NCBI GenBank assembly: GCA_964016885.1
Contig: OZ024740.1
Span: forward strand, 353,338,001 to 353,402,000
Origin: Eledone cirrhosa
Lineage: Eukaryota
DNA length: 64,000 nt
Direction: 5' to 3'
A program made the position numbers and the translations under genes. The notes under the pieces were generated by a model. That model searched no databases, was not told the origin of the DNA, and was given only the letters and a program-made list of their open reading frames with translations. Shown here piece after piece: positions 48,433 to 61,938 of the stretch; the stretch's first letter is position 1; each line of letters begins with the position of its first letter.

Positions 48433-49499
48433 GTGTGTGTGACAATGCTGACCCTTTGAATTACAGGTCCAGTCTATTCACTCACAAGACATAAATCAAT
48501 CTGATGCTATGGTAAATGACACTTGCTCAAGATGCCATGCAGTGAGATTGAACCTGGGACTTAATAATTGTGAAGCAATTTCCTTAACCATTCAGCCATG
48601 CTGTGTTCACATTTTGGCAGTAAAGAAGGTTTTTATAACCTCTAAGTATTTGGTTCTGGTCTATTTCTAACTTGTTTGCTTGTATTGTTATTTTGATTTA
48701 GCAGCATATAGTAAGATACTGCATTGTTGCAATTTTTCTCAATAACTTAGATAGATAGGGTAATAGTTTTGACTGAATGTAAAGTAAACAAATCACATGA
48801 AATAAAATTAATATTAAAATTCAAAGTTATGCTTTTGATTGTGATGATAATATATTTGAGACAGCAACAAGCATTTAAAGGCTATTTTCCCTTCTAAAAC
48901 AGGTGTCAGCTTTGTGGGCCATATGTTAGGTTTCATACCCACCACAGAGGCACTTTTTGAGGCCATGTTTTGTTATTTTAGATGGCAGTATTGGTGGACC
49001 GTTGGACAACATGCTTTATGGCACAGAGTTACAGCCCTTTACGATCTGAGTTCAAATCCCGCGGAGGTTAACTTTAGCTTTAGCTTTCATCTTTATGGGG
49101 TCATTAAAATAAAGTACCAATAACGCACTGGGGTTGATTTAATTGATTTTCCCTTCCCTGAAAATGTTGGCCTTATGCCTAAATCAGAAACCAATATTTT
49201 AGCGAATTACATTTTTTTCTGGGCCATTGTAGTATATTAAAAAACAGAAGTGTTGTTGAAAAATGTATTTTTTTAATGATATAACATTTTTTTTTACAAT
49301 TATTTCCTCTTTTTTTTATTACCCACCCAGTATCCTTTCTTCTTGAAAGTTTGTTTTTTGTTGTTTTACTTTTATTTATTGTTTTTCTTTGTTGTTGTTG
49401 TTGAATTTCTCCTGAAGTTTTGAAACCTGCATGTGCTCACTTAAACCTTTGTTGCTAAAACCTATTTACATATTATTTTTATTATCATTATTATTATAA

Positions 49500-49715
49500 G
49501 GGTGGTGGATTCGCAGAATCAGTAGTGTTGGGCCAAATGCTTTGTGGCATAGAATTATGGCTCTTTACATTCTGATTTCAAATCCTGCCGAGGTTAGCTT
49601 TGCCTTTCATCCTTACGCGGTTGATAAAATAAAGCACCAGTAATGCACTGGGGTCGATTTAATCAACTTTCACCTCCCTCCAAATTGCTGGCCTTGTGCC
49701 TATAGTAGAAATTAT
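49500..49715 (+). mobile_element. tRNA-derived SINE (family 1, longer variant)
   Basis: Same head and core with an extra segment before the tail; similar copies at about 48982-49195, 51351-51510, 51525-51742, 55175-55370 and 60690-60840. Confidence 0.78.
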
Positions 49716-50018
49716 TATTATTATTATCATAATCATGCTTTCATTGCATTACTGGGCACAGCTGTAGGTATGTGCAGTATTATTTTTGATTTTGATTCTA
49801 TTGTATTGAAAGTATTTTTTGCTACATGTCTGCACAGTAGTGCTATTTTCTATATGTTGTATTTGTAAGTACTGCGTTTTTTGTCATGTATATATGTATT
49901 TTTCATCATTATTTCCTTTATTTTATACGTTTTACACATGTCAATTCTATTTTGGAGAGTTATGTTCTCAGTATTATTATTCATGTTAGTTGTTTTGTGT
50001 TCATTATGTATTCTATCT

Positions 50019-50211
50019 AAGGGCGGTGGATTGGCAGTATCGGTAGAGGGCCGGACGTCTTGCTTTGACGCATAGAGTTACGGCCCTTGCCATTCTGAGT
50101 TCAAATCCCGCCGAGGTTAACTTTGCCTTTCATCTTTACGGGGTCGATAAAATAAAGTACCAGTAATGTACTGGGTAATTGCTGGCCTTGTGCCAATACT
50201 AGAAACAATTC
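50019..50211 (+). mobile_element. Full-length tRNA-derived SINE (family 1) with 12-bp TSD
   Basis: A and B boxes; TSD TGTATTCTATCT at 50007-50018 and 50212-50223. Confidence 0.92.
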
Positions 50212-50732
50212 TGTATTCTATCTGTTAAATGTATTTAACTTTCTGATATTAAGAAGATAGGATATATCTTAAGTTAGCTAGTCTGTTAGGGTCCAGCATG
50301 ATATTTAGATGTGGGTTATTTTCCCTCTAAATTTTAACACAGTTTCATTGATGCTTAAAAGAAAAAGGCCTGAAAATGATATCATCGGAGTTATAGAACA
50401 TTGTGTGAGAGAAAGGGAAGTCTACTTGTAATAGACCCATCAGAGGGTCCAGCTATTGAAGTCAGCAGTTATATGATCAAGGAAGGTATTAAGGATATGA
50501 AGAGTAGAAAGGCCACTGAGCTATCTAGGATAGTGGTTGAGATGGTGAAATAGGACTTGAGCTAGTCATTGGCATAGTCAACCATGATGATATTGTATCT
50601 GATGATTGGCATAGTACTATTATCCTTAATTGCTATAAGAGAAAAGATGATACTTAGCTTAATTATTTCAGTTATCAATTTCCTTTTGCTCCCAGTCCAT
50701 AGCTTAATTATTTCAGTTATCAATTTCCCTTT

Positions 50733-50909
50733 GCTCCCAGTCCACACTGTAAATGTGGTTGGTGTTAGGAAGGGCAACCAGCCGTAGAAAACCTGCCAGA
50801 TAGTCCTATATAAGTGAGACACGGTCACTCGACCAATCTTGCCTCAATTGGGACAACTCCCGTCTAACCATGCTAGCGTGGAAGATAGACGTTAAACGAT
50901 GATGATGAT
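50733..50909 (+). mobile_element. Short RTE 3'UTR insertion
   Basis: Matches the RTE 3' end including the (GAT)n tail; ~45-bp direct duplication at its 5' junction. Confidence 0.8.
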
Positions 50910-52183
50910 ACATCTAAGTATTTTTGTAGCTCAACTGTTGTTATGCTGTAGTAGTTTTCTATTTGTGTCAGACACAGTCTTTATGTATTCTGTGTAAGCT
51001 TTTCAATTCACTTTATATCCAGTTTATTATATCAAAGCTGAGGTTATAAAGGCATGGCTAGTATATTTATGCTTATCTTGTTTCAGGTTTTCAATATAAG
51101 TTTGACATTTTATTCGTGTGTTATATTTTATTAAAGTTTATTTACTCCTAAGTATTTGTGTGTATTTGTAAGTCCTGTTGTATTGGTTATGTCTCTATCT
51201 GTATTTTTTAATCATTCCCAGAGCACTTTGTTTCTGTTTTTATCATCCACATTTGAATTATTTTTATCTCTAAATCTTTATATTTGGACAATTTCTCCAT
51301 CTTGATAAATATTGTCTGACACTTCAATTAGAAGACATTTATTATTATTACGGCCCTTTACATTCTGAGTTCAAATCCTGCTGAGGTTAGCTTTGCCTTT
51401 CATCCTTACAGAGTCGATAAAATAAAGTACCAGTAATAAACTGAGGTTGATTTAATCAACTTTCCCTCCACCTTCATATTGCTGCCCTTGTGCCTCAATC
51501 TGAAATAATAATTATTATTATTGAGGGTGGAGGATTGGCAGTATTTGTAGAGTGTCGGACAACATGCTTTGTGGTATATTGTTACGTCCCTTCACGTTCT
51601 GAGTTCAAATCCCGTTGAAGTTTGCTTTGTCTTTCATCCTTACGGGATCAATAAAATAAAATATTAGTAATACACTGGCTTGATTTAATCAACTTTCCCC
51701 TGCCCTAAAATTGTTGACCTAGCGCCTAAATCAGAAACCATTATAAGTATTATCTTTATTATTCATAAGATGAGAAACACTCTAAGAGTTTATTTTCTTA
51801 AAAAATGATGAAGTATATTTTAGAAATCAGACATAAAATATTTGTTTAGTATATAATACCAAATGAACCTTTTAGCGAGTAACCTTGAAAAGAATATGAT
51901 GTGTGAACATGCTTTTAACCTAGTATTGCTATTTATTTCTCTGGAATGTTTCTATCTCTATAAATAATCTGTCAATGTTTTCATAGAGGTGGCTGAGTAT
52001 CATTTCACATGTAACTGTTAAAAACAGGGCAATGGACACATCCGGAACTGATATTATGATTTTAATTCAATGGCTAGAGTGGAGGAATTTCTTAGCTTTT
52101 TTGCTTGCTTCTTGCACAACCTGCTCATTCTATGTTGACAATTTTTATATTGGTAATGGTGATATACATGATAAACACATGCT

Positions 52184-53375
52184 GTTCTAGTATGTAGGAA
52201 GGAAAATAGGGCACAAGTCCCCTCTGGGAAATGGCCATGCTCAGTGTTTAGGAAAGGAGTAGGCAGAAATTCCATTTTATGTCCCAAATGCAAAGTATGA
52301 GTGCATAAAAGATGTAGTGGGATCACAGGTAAGCTATCTAAGAACGTATATTTTATATGTGGCCAGTGCTCAGGTTCAATAAGTAGCAAGCGCACACAGG
52401 ATACTAGCTCCTTCTATTGCCCAGATGGCTCTATAGAAATAGTAGACACCTTCCATTACCTGAGTGACAAAATCAGCAGTGGTGGAGGGTGCTCTGAAAG
52501 TACAGTAGCCAGAGTCAGAACGGGATGAAAAAAGTTCAGAGAGCTTATACCACTATTGGCCGTTAAAGGTTTCTCTAAAAATGAAAGGCAGACTGTATGA
52601 TGCCTGCATACGAACAGCGATGCTACGTGGCAGTGAGACATGGGCATTGTATGCAGATGATCTGCACAGACTGGAGAGGAATGAAGCGCGCATGCTCCGC
52701 TGGATGTGTAATAGTAATATACGTGAACGGCAAAGCATAAATGAGCTAAGTGAGAAATTAGGTATAAGAGGGATCAGATGCTGTTTACTCGAGAGAAGAC
52801 TATGTTGGTATGGTCACGTGATGCACATGAAAGACGACAGCTGTATAAAAAAGTGCAGGGCGATCAAAATTGACGGAAGTTACGGAGTAGGTAGACCCAG
52901 AAAAACCTGGGACAATTTGATAAACTCCGACCTTACACACTTACACCTCTCTAAGACAATGTCACTGGACCGAGATTTTTGGCGCTACGCAGTAATACAG
53001 AAAACCCGCCTTGCCTAAGTACAAAACGAAACCTAGTCAGTAGGCACTTCTTAATCAAATATCCACCCTCTCCCACTACCCCAACTCCCCCATCAACACC
53101 ACCCCTTTCTCTGTAAAGTTATGTTAGTACCACAATATCCAGTCCTAAATAAATGAGGTTGTGTAGGTGTCACGACAAAAATACACAGTCCATGCTGCAA
53201 TGTGGGCGTGTAGGTAACACAGTAAAAACCTCCCAGTCCACACTAAACGTGGTTGGTGTTAGGAAGGCAGACAGTCCCATACGAGCGAGACGACCAATCT
53301 TGCCTCAAGTGAGACAATTCCCATCTAAACCCATGCTAGCGTGGAAGATAGACGTTAAACGATGATGATGATGAT
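52184..53375 (+). mobile_element. 5'-truncated RTE LINE (PHD finger, RT C-terminus, 3'UTR)
   Basis: Highly similar to 42523-43741; (GAT)5 tail. Confidence 0.93.
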
Positions 53376-54919
53376 GTAAAGTGGTTGGTGATAGGAAGTG
53401 CATCCAGCTGTAGAAAGCTTGCCTTCAGTTGTGTCAAAGACAACCCTCTCAGGAATAAATGGGTTTAGACAAAGAACAAGCATGACTGATGAAAAACTAT
53501 TTAAAAATATTTTCCCCAGCTAACCTTTCTTGAATATTCCAGATGTCTCTCTCAGTATAGAAAAGATTTAAGGGTCATTATTTTTTTGAGAAAATACCCA
53601 CCAAGAACATCAATTTGCAATAACTACAGAAAACAAACAAAAAAAATCAAACAAAAAAGAGTAAAAAATTTAATTATTAACAGGATATACTCGAAAACAT
53701 TCAACATGAAAATCAAAAGTGAATTTTTGAAACTAGTCACAACAATATAGAAAACATCATTAACAACAAGAGACACATGTACACACACATTTTGCTAAAT
53801 GAAAAAAAAATGATAAAAATACTGTATATACTTTTATATAAGCTGAGAAATATGAGAGAAAAATGACGATGGTAAAATGAGGATTGGCTTATATCTGAAG
53901 TCAATATTTCACCAACTTCAAAATTCTATGTAAATGAGGTGTTAAAATATTTTCGTTCTGTGAGTAAATATTGTTCCAGTTTCACTTTGGAGGTTAATAT
54001 TACACTGATTTCACTTCATCATGGAATTTGTATTTCCTATTTTTTTATGTTTTAAATGAATATGGCCTTCAAAATGGTTGGAAATTGGTAAAACATCATT
54101 ACGTAATCATCATTCATTTTACATCCGCTTTTGCTTCCTTGCAAGATGAGCACAACATACAAAAAATCATAATGGAGTTGTGAAACAAAAACTATTGCTA
54201 TTAAGTTAGACATTTGGCCAATACTGGCCAAAACCTATCAAAGTAAACAACATTTAAAACATTTTAAATATCAAAATATTAAAACTTCATAAATATATTT
54301 TCCACTTATGTGAATTTCAAAACCACACCATCTGAACATAATGTGTTGATTAGCTGCCTTGTCTTATAAACAGGGTTTGGATTTTTGCCTATTTCTCAGA
54401 CATAAAAAAGGAGGTGAGGTTGGTCGATTATATCTGAGTACATACAGTAAATTTTTCTTTTACCAATACTCCCAACAGTGAGACACTAATTATAGATTAA
54501 CATTTTGTAACCACGCAGGTGTGTCTTTATTGAAGTTATTTATTCAAGAATGAAAGACGCAACAAACAATCTATCCCTGCATAACTAAATGGAAGAGATT
54601 TCCTTTTATCTTCAAGCAAGCAATTAGAAGTAGCTTTGGCTGATGTGTAGAATGATATTTTCGCTATCAGTCATGTTAAGGTGTTTCTGATATTATTTTG
54701 TTGGGTTGGTGATTATGTCAAGTATGTGATGTGTGGGTTGTATTATATTATCGGGTGGCAATTGTGTAAAATCTGAGTTGTAATTATTGTTGATATAGTG
54801 TTCAGTATTATGTAAGAGTATGTGTGGTGTTATTCTATTAGCTAGTGATTGTATAAAGTATGTGTTAATGGTGAGATGTAATATAGTTTGGTGGTGAGTT
54901 GATAGAGTATGGGTTGTAT

Positions 54920-55157
54920 CAATGATGTAACTAGATTGTGTACTGCCCGGGGCAGCCCTTTAGTTTGCCACCCCCAAGCCCCCACAGAAAATACATATTG
55001 CCCAGTGACTCACTCTTAAAGTTTTATATATATATATACTAGTCTGTATACAATTATAATATGCTGCAGCATTAAAAGAACACTTATAGCCTCCAGCAGA
55101 CCCAAAAGTGTCGCCCGGGGCGGACCACCCCCTCGTCCGCCTCTAGTTACCCTACTG
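54920..55157. mobile_element. hAT MITE
   Basis: Degenerate TIRs CAATGATGTAACTAG / CTAGTTACCCTACTG; perfect 8-bp TSD GGTTGTAT. Confidence 0.8.
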
Positions 55158-55419
55158 GGTTGTATTGTAAGTGTAGTGGATTGGCAGAATTATTAGAGTA
55201 TCAGATGAAATACTTATCAGTATTTGTTCCCACTCTTTATATTCTGAGTTTAAATCTTGCTACGGTCATCTTTGCCCTTCATCCTTGTGGGGTCATAAAT
55301 TAAAGTACCAGTCAAGTACTGGTTCAAAGTAATCTATTGCCTTTCCCTGTCCCCAGATTGCTGACAATTATTTTATTGGATGATGAATGCATAGATTTGG
55401 TTTTGTATGCAAAGAATAT

Positions 55420-57560
55420 ACCATTTAATTTGTGCTAATGAATTAAAGATATGGGCTGTATTTACTTATTACACTAATCAGTTTCCCTTTGCTTGCTTCT
55501 CTGTATGTTTCTAGTTCCACTGTTATCACTTTGTAGTAGTTCTTGTACATGAGGGATAAGTATTTTCTATTTATATCAACTTTGGAGTAGTGACTTTAGA
55601 ATACTCTAGCTAGTTTCTTGGTTTTTCTGTCTAAGCTCTTCAATTCACTTCGCTTCATTTTAATAAAACTGTAATTTATAACAAATGGCTAGTCTACTTA
55701 TAGTTGATATGTTATTTAGAACATTGAGTTCAGTTTTAATATCAATCTAATTCCTTCAATTTCTCTGTGTTGAATCTTATCAGTTTCATCAACTCATAAG
55801 TATTTGTATGGGTGTCTGGTTTAACTCTGATTTCAATCCCACCATATTTGTGAATGAAATGATATTACAATATACAAAACAAAATCTACATCAAGATTAA
55901 TGTCAAATTCATCATATAAATACTTAATTATTTCATGCCATGATATTTCATTCTGGGTATCTCATTCTTTTCTTTTTCTTTTTTCTTTATTTGAATTAAC
56001 TTGCCTTCTCTTGTAGCAACTTTGGAAATGTATCTAATCCCTTCTGTCATGGCTGAATTTATGAACACTTTTAGTAGGTTTTCAAAGTCATTGATATAGA
56101 AAAGGTGGTTTTTAGTTTGTCTGTAGTATTTATAACCATTGGTGGTTCCATTTAGCAGATTTAGAAGAGTAGAGGAGATAATGAATTTCACTGAAAAATT
56201 CCTACTTTTACGGGCTTAAGTTTGATACTAATTAATGTCTCTTTGCGTTGTATATGATATGCAAGATGTGTGAAGTGTGTTCACTTCCCAATGACAACAT
56301 GAGATTCGCAGTTATTTGGAGCTCCAATAAGTCTTGCAAAGAAAGAAGCTGTTGTGATATTTCTTGAGGAGGAAATAAGAGTAGAATTCAAAAGTAATTT
56401 GAATGATAGACTATTTCTGAAAACCACAATAGCTTGAAATAAATCTGTGCAGAGCATATGGGATACCTCCTGCCTTATCCAGCACAAAGAATGCTCTATA
56501 GACACTTTTGGATGTATCGGGTTTTATTTACAGTGTTGGGAAATGGATGCCTATTTCATTATTCTTTGCAATTAGTTTTGTTAAACTAATGCATCTATAA
56601 TATTCCTTCCTAACCTTTCATTTGTATGTAGGACTGTGTCTAGTTCATTGAATCCTATCTGTTTATATGTCTGTGGTCTGATGCTCATATTTCTGTTTCT
56701 TTATTGAGCTTGGTATCAGTGTTCTTAATTTTCCTGTCTCCAAGCTTTCTTATCAGCTCCTCTAGTAAATCTATGAACTGTCTGTAGCAGTGTTTGTTGT
56801 GATGTACAAGTGTACAACTTGATGTTTATATGCAAAAGATGGTTGATTGTCCACCCATAGTATTTGTATCAGAATCCAGTTTGGTTTAACATGCTGATTA
56901 GAGATGTTAGCACCAGGTAGAAAAGGTGTGGTGAACAGGCATCACCTTGGAATATTATCTTCTTTTAGAGATATGATTTTTTTTTTTTTTTTTTTTGCTT
57001 TTACACATTGATTTTAGCCATTAAGGTAATCAACCATTTGCTCCTCCAAAAATGTTTGCCCTTAGAAATCATTTTCATTGATATTATATATTATAAGCAC
57101 CGATTTAAGATATCAAAGAAAAGCAGGTCTACTGATGGGAATTGAACCATGTTTAACATTAGTAAAATATCATCATCGTGTTTCTACGACTGATGCAGCA
57201 GGTTGTTGTGGTGTCACTCTAGATGTTTGATTGTGTGCCCATCATGAAATTTCAATGGACCTTAGAAATGCTTTGTGGTGTCCATCTCGTCTCCAAGCAT
57301 CCAGTCCTTCACTAGATTTAGCCTGTGAGCAGAAACAGTTATGTAAACCTAAAGTGAGAGTCAGGTGTGAACCAGTTTACTCATCCTTCACTAAAGATGT
57401 TGCTGCCAGATATTAAGGTATTCTCTCTACCTGAACATCATGGTTTTGAGATAATGTTTCTTTAAATTCTGGATAATGGTACATCAGGTTTTGCAATAAC
57501 ATTTCTTCAAATCACTTCACTCTATTTTCTAATAGAATAATATATCCAGCTTGTGATGGT
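55420..57560 (-). mobile_element. Highly degraded non-LTR retrotransposon (R4/Dong-like RT remnants)
   Basis: NHLFYIND (cf. HLxYMDD), KV.TREGKL and PYKYL remnants on the minus strand; boundaries approximate. Confidence 0.5.
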
Positions 57561-58275
57561 AAGTGATTTGCACAATATTTTGTGAGGAATAAAATTGTAC
57601 AGATAAAACAGAAACAATTTATATAGTACTTAAAGATTTGGAATTTCTTCCCTGGAACCAAGTGCCTCTCATTTGAAAATCACAGAGCTAGAGGAACATT
57701 ATGAAGCTGTAATCCATAAAGAAACAGTAAAATCAGGTATGGCTGATCATTTGTGATAGGAAAAGTTTAAGTGTGGAATAAATTAAAGTTAATAAATAGG
57801 GAACAGCACTGAAATATGACAGTTAAGAAGATCAGCATATATGTTTGGTTCTAATAATATACTTAGTGGTCCTAGCATCGATACAAACACCACATGGGAG
57901 CCTTTAACTAAGAAAGAAAGAAAGAAAGAACATTAAGTTTAAGACCATTAAAAAATGTTAGGTTTAAAGCTACAAAATTCCATTACCTAATTTCCCTGGG
58001 GGACAATTGAATATAAGCATTTATTAAATTCTAAGTCCTTTAGTTTATCTAGTGTGAGTTAAATTCCCGAGTCAGTGTCTCTATATACCCTAGTTTAAAC
58101 AGAATGACTAAGCTGAATCTCAAGTAATTAATATATATGAGAACATTCCAAGCTTGGATATGGAATGAAAACAATCTACCTAAATTCTAAGAATATTACT
58201 GAATAGGATTAGCACCCACAGAAAGCTGAAGGGTACAGTGTGAGGATGTAGTACAAGATTGTAGTCTTTATATGT

Positions 58276-58739
58276 ATCATCATCATCACCGTTTTACGTC
58301 CGTTCTTCCACGCTAACATGGGTTAGACGGGTTGTCCTGTTGTGAGCAGTGTCTGGTCGGCTGACCATGCCTTGCTCATACAGGAACTGATTTGGCTTGA
58401 TTTCTACAGCTGGATGCCCTTCCTAACACCAACCTCATTTACAGTGAGTGCTGGGTGCTTTTTCGTGGCGCCTACACGTCCACTTTACAGTGTGGGCTGG
58501 GTGCTTTTTTGCCGTGGCACCTCCACGACCATCTTGCAGTGGGAGGGTGTGGGGGCATATTGTCTATATGCTTCAGCTTGTACTCATGGGAGGTCGGGTA
58601 CTCTGTATTACTGCGTGACGCCAGAGGTCACGGTCGTGTGTCATCGTCTTGGAGAGGTGTAATTAGGTAAGGTCGGCTTTTATCACCTCATCCCAGGTCA
58701 TCTTGGGTCTCCCCACTCCGCGGTTTCCATCGACTTCTA
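58276..58739 (-). mobile_element. RTE LINE 3' fragment, older subfamily
   Basis: GRPKMTWDEVI..YAVIQ-type C-terminus, 3'UTR and (GAT)n tail. Confidence 0.8.
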
Positions 58740-59384
58740 GTATAGGTATTGCATTTTTGTGTTGTCGAAATAATTGTATATCTGTGTCTAATTTTGACTG
58801 AAGCATTTGTCATTACTTTTCTTCTTTTTTGTCAATACTAATTCACTTAATTTCCAACAAAGTATATTATAACTATAGCATTTCCCTGGAACATTGGGGG
58901 TTATTTATACCAACTATATAATTTTTAACAGGTATTTAACCTTTGAGTATCTATAATATTTGTTCCCAGCCATTTCTATCATAACGGATTCCACACTGTA
59001 ATACCCTTTTCAGTGCATCTTTAAGATCATTAGGCAATTTATTTTTAATAAGGAAATGGGAGAGAGATCTACCAAAATGCTCAGAAGAGGAATAGCCCTC
59101 TTGTGACATGGTTCCAACAGTAAGTCAACTAGGAGAGTTCATAACACTATACTTTTGATAGAATCCAAGAATCCATGGAGGAGGAAAAATTGTACCAAGA
59201 ATGGACATAGTTCACCCTAGAGAGACTAAACAAATTATCTCAGATTGCTATGAAAGGAGCTATAAAAGGGGCCAACATTTGAAGATATCTGTACACATCA
59301 CAGAATCATTCACAACAGCTAGAAAGAAGAAGCAGAGAGCAGAAATTTGTTGAACAATAACATAGTCCATGAATACTCAAGTGC

Positions 59385-59560
59385 TGCTCACTGAATATTC
59401 ATATGCAATACCTGCAATATAATCTTCAATTAATTGCTGCTCAAACTGCTGAAATATCATTCCAGAATCTGTTGGACTACTGAAAGCACAAATTACAGCA
59501 AACAGTTCACTTAACTGTGTTGGTATTCTGAATTCTGTGGCCTCAAGCAATGCACTGTAT
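59385..59560 (-). mobile_element. Helitron RepHel fragment
   Basis: LLEA...PTQLSELFAVIC.FSSP....IF......LIED resembles the conserved segment between the Rep and helicase domains. Confidence 0.6.
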
Positions 59561-59863
59561 CCACTTAATTTTGAACTTAATATAGCAATATGAAAGAGAT
59601 AAGAAATGCACAGTGTCTTTGTGTTTATATATATATATATATAATTAGGAGACAAAGCTAGTCGAGTAGAGTGAACATAGCTTCAGCCATTTCTTCACTC
59701 ACTCCATGGGAAACTAAGTTCTTACTATTAAAATTCTAACCCAGCTGCCCAGAGCGGACACTTTTGTTAAACAGCAAAGGAAGTGGTTTTATGTGGGTAA
59801 GATGTATATATATATATACAAACGTACATGGTGTATTATTATGGTTAATTGTTGTTATTGTAG

Positions 59864-60009
59864 TGTAATAGTGGTTGGTGGAGATGGTTCACTAAGCAGC
59901 ACAGTGACTTGCCTGATGAAAAAGACTCAGAAGGATGTTAACATTGATGTAAGTGACTCATCAACTGACCTGAAGCAATGTCTTCTACCTATTGGAATCA
60001 TACCTGCTG
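59864..60009 (+). CDS. CERKL: CERKL-like exon 5 (GGDG ATP-binding motif)
   Basis: TGTAG acceptor, G|GTAAGT donor; VIVVGGDGSLS...LLPIGIIPA; phase 2-1. Confidence 0.93.
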
Positions 60010-60139
60010 GTAAGTGCCTAGCTGAAGCAAGTATTTTTTTGTTTATTGTTTTATGGGGGTGGGGGTGTTGGGAGTACACATGATCATCTCAGAATCTGTA
60101 GCATTGAGTGACAGTTAACACATATCTTCACTGTGGATT

Positions 60140-60300
60140 CAGCATGGACAAATGGTTAAAAAGTTTGCTTCGCAATCCATAAGGTTACAAGTTCGATTCC
60201 ACTGCATGTCATCTTGGGCAAGTGTCATTTACCACTTCCTCTAATTGACCCTAGTCATGTGAGTGGTATTGGGTAGACAGAAACTAGTTAGATTTCTATC
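60140..60300 (+). mobile_element. Second tRNA-derived SINE family, diverged
   Basis: GGTTA..GTTTGCTTC..GTTCGATTCC..CTTGGGCAAGTGTC; a minus-strand relative lies at about 48470-48600. Confidence 0.6.
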
Positions 60301-61600
60301 GAATGGACTGTACCTGTAAATCAAAGGGCCAGCCTTGTCACACACTGCCATGCTGAACCTCCCTGAGAACCATGTTAAATGTACATGTTAGTTCCATGAG
60401 CAGGCCATTCCATTGATCTAACAGCTAGAACATATCTCCACTTCACCCTCAAGATAGTGGAAAATACTCAAACGTGTGGATAGGGATTGGGAATCTCAAA
60501 GCCATTTGACTCATTACTTAAGCTAATTTCCTGGTGTGATTCTCTTGTTAAGTAGAACACTGGTACATTATCAGTAATTGGTTATTTTGTTTCCTTTTGT
60601 ATCTGAGGGGTGTTATTTGCCAGAATCTACTATTGAGGATTAGGAATACAATTGCACTATTTGGGAGGTATCCTTGTTTGTACAAGGTGATGACTTGTCA
60701 GTCATTAGAACATCAGATAGAATGCTTTGCAGTATTCATTTTAGCTCTCTGTACTCTCTGACTTCAAATCCCTGTGGTCAACTTTGCCTTTCATCTTTTC
60801 AAGGTTGATAAAAAAAAGTACCAGTCCAGACTGGAGTCGATTCTTCCTCTGTATATATTTCTCACTTCTCTCTTTTTCTCTCCTTCTCTGGAAGATATTG
60901 GTTGTGTTCTGACCTGGAGAAATGATGGTTCCGCCAGATTTAAAGCACCCATGTCATGACAACACCCCTACAACTCCTTATTGCTTGTCCAACATGTAGT
61001 TGTTTTGCATTTACAATAGAGTTGATAAACATTACATTGTAGGGGAACTTGTACCTTCTAAGACATCTTTAGCAGTAATGTAACAGGGGATACACTGTAA
61101 CATCTAAGCATAGATGAAGCAACATTATAATACAGTAACAACTAGTGTTTTAATGACATTTTCCTGCTAAAACTTCACGAGCTTTATATTCACTGTGGGT
61201 CTTCTTTGAGGCAAAGTTTTACAGCCAAATGCCTTCCATGGTACCAACCTTTTTAATCACCACCTACGTGTGGGAGACAGAGGCATTAGATAATTGCTGC
61301 ACTATATTGTGGTGTGCCATATTGAATTATGAGCATTACATTGAATTATTTGATGCCCTTTTGCATCAGAGAACTGCATTGCATAATAAAAAAAATTACA
61401 GTTACATTATGGGTAGTTGTAGCATTGCCTTACAGAAAGCAGCTTTGAAGCATGTAACCCAAGCTACATATATCACTCATGATACATATTTGAAGTATAT
61501 GACAAATTAATTATGTGTAATACAATTTCATCATAATTGTGAATGAAATTATATTACAATGTACGAAACAAAAACTACATCAAGGTTAATGTCACTCTAT

Positions 61601-61780
61601 TTGGCAGTATCGGTAGAGGGTCGGACGCCATGCTTTGACGCATAGAGTTACGGCCCTTGCCATTCTGAGTTCAAATCCCGCCGAGGTTAACTTTGCCTTT
61701 CATCCTTACGGGGTCGATAAAATAAAGTACCAGTAATGTACTGGGTAATTTCTGGCCTTGTGCCAATAGTAGAAACAATT
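61601..61780 (+). mobile_element. tRNA-derived SINE (family 1), young copy ~80 bp upstream of exon 6
   Basis: Near-identical to 50031-50210. Confidence 0.9.
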
Positions 61781-61863
61781 ATATAAATACTTAGTAATTC
61801 CAAGCCATGATATTTCTTTCAGGGTATTCTCATTATTTTCTTTTTCTTTCTTTATTTTTCTAG

Positions 61864-61938
61864 GCACTGGTAACATGATGGTAAAAATGTTACATGGCAA
61901 TGATGATGTCATAACAGCAACACTTCACATAATACGAG
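61864..61938 (+). CDS. CERKL: CERKL-like exon 6 (gene continues beyond the window)
   Basis: Pyrimidine tract + CTAG; GTGNMMVKMLHGNDDVITATLHIIR, G|GTGAGA donor; LHG...VITATLHII matches CERKL as recalled; not in the supplied ORF track. Confidence 0.9.

Noticed and set aside
50022-50110. tRNA-like A and B boxes
   Set aside because: Head of a multi-copy SINE with body, tail and TSD; no complete cloverleaf, so no tRNA gene is called.
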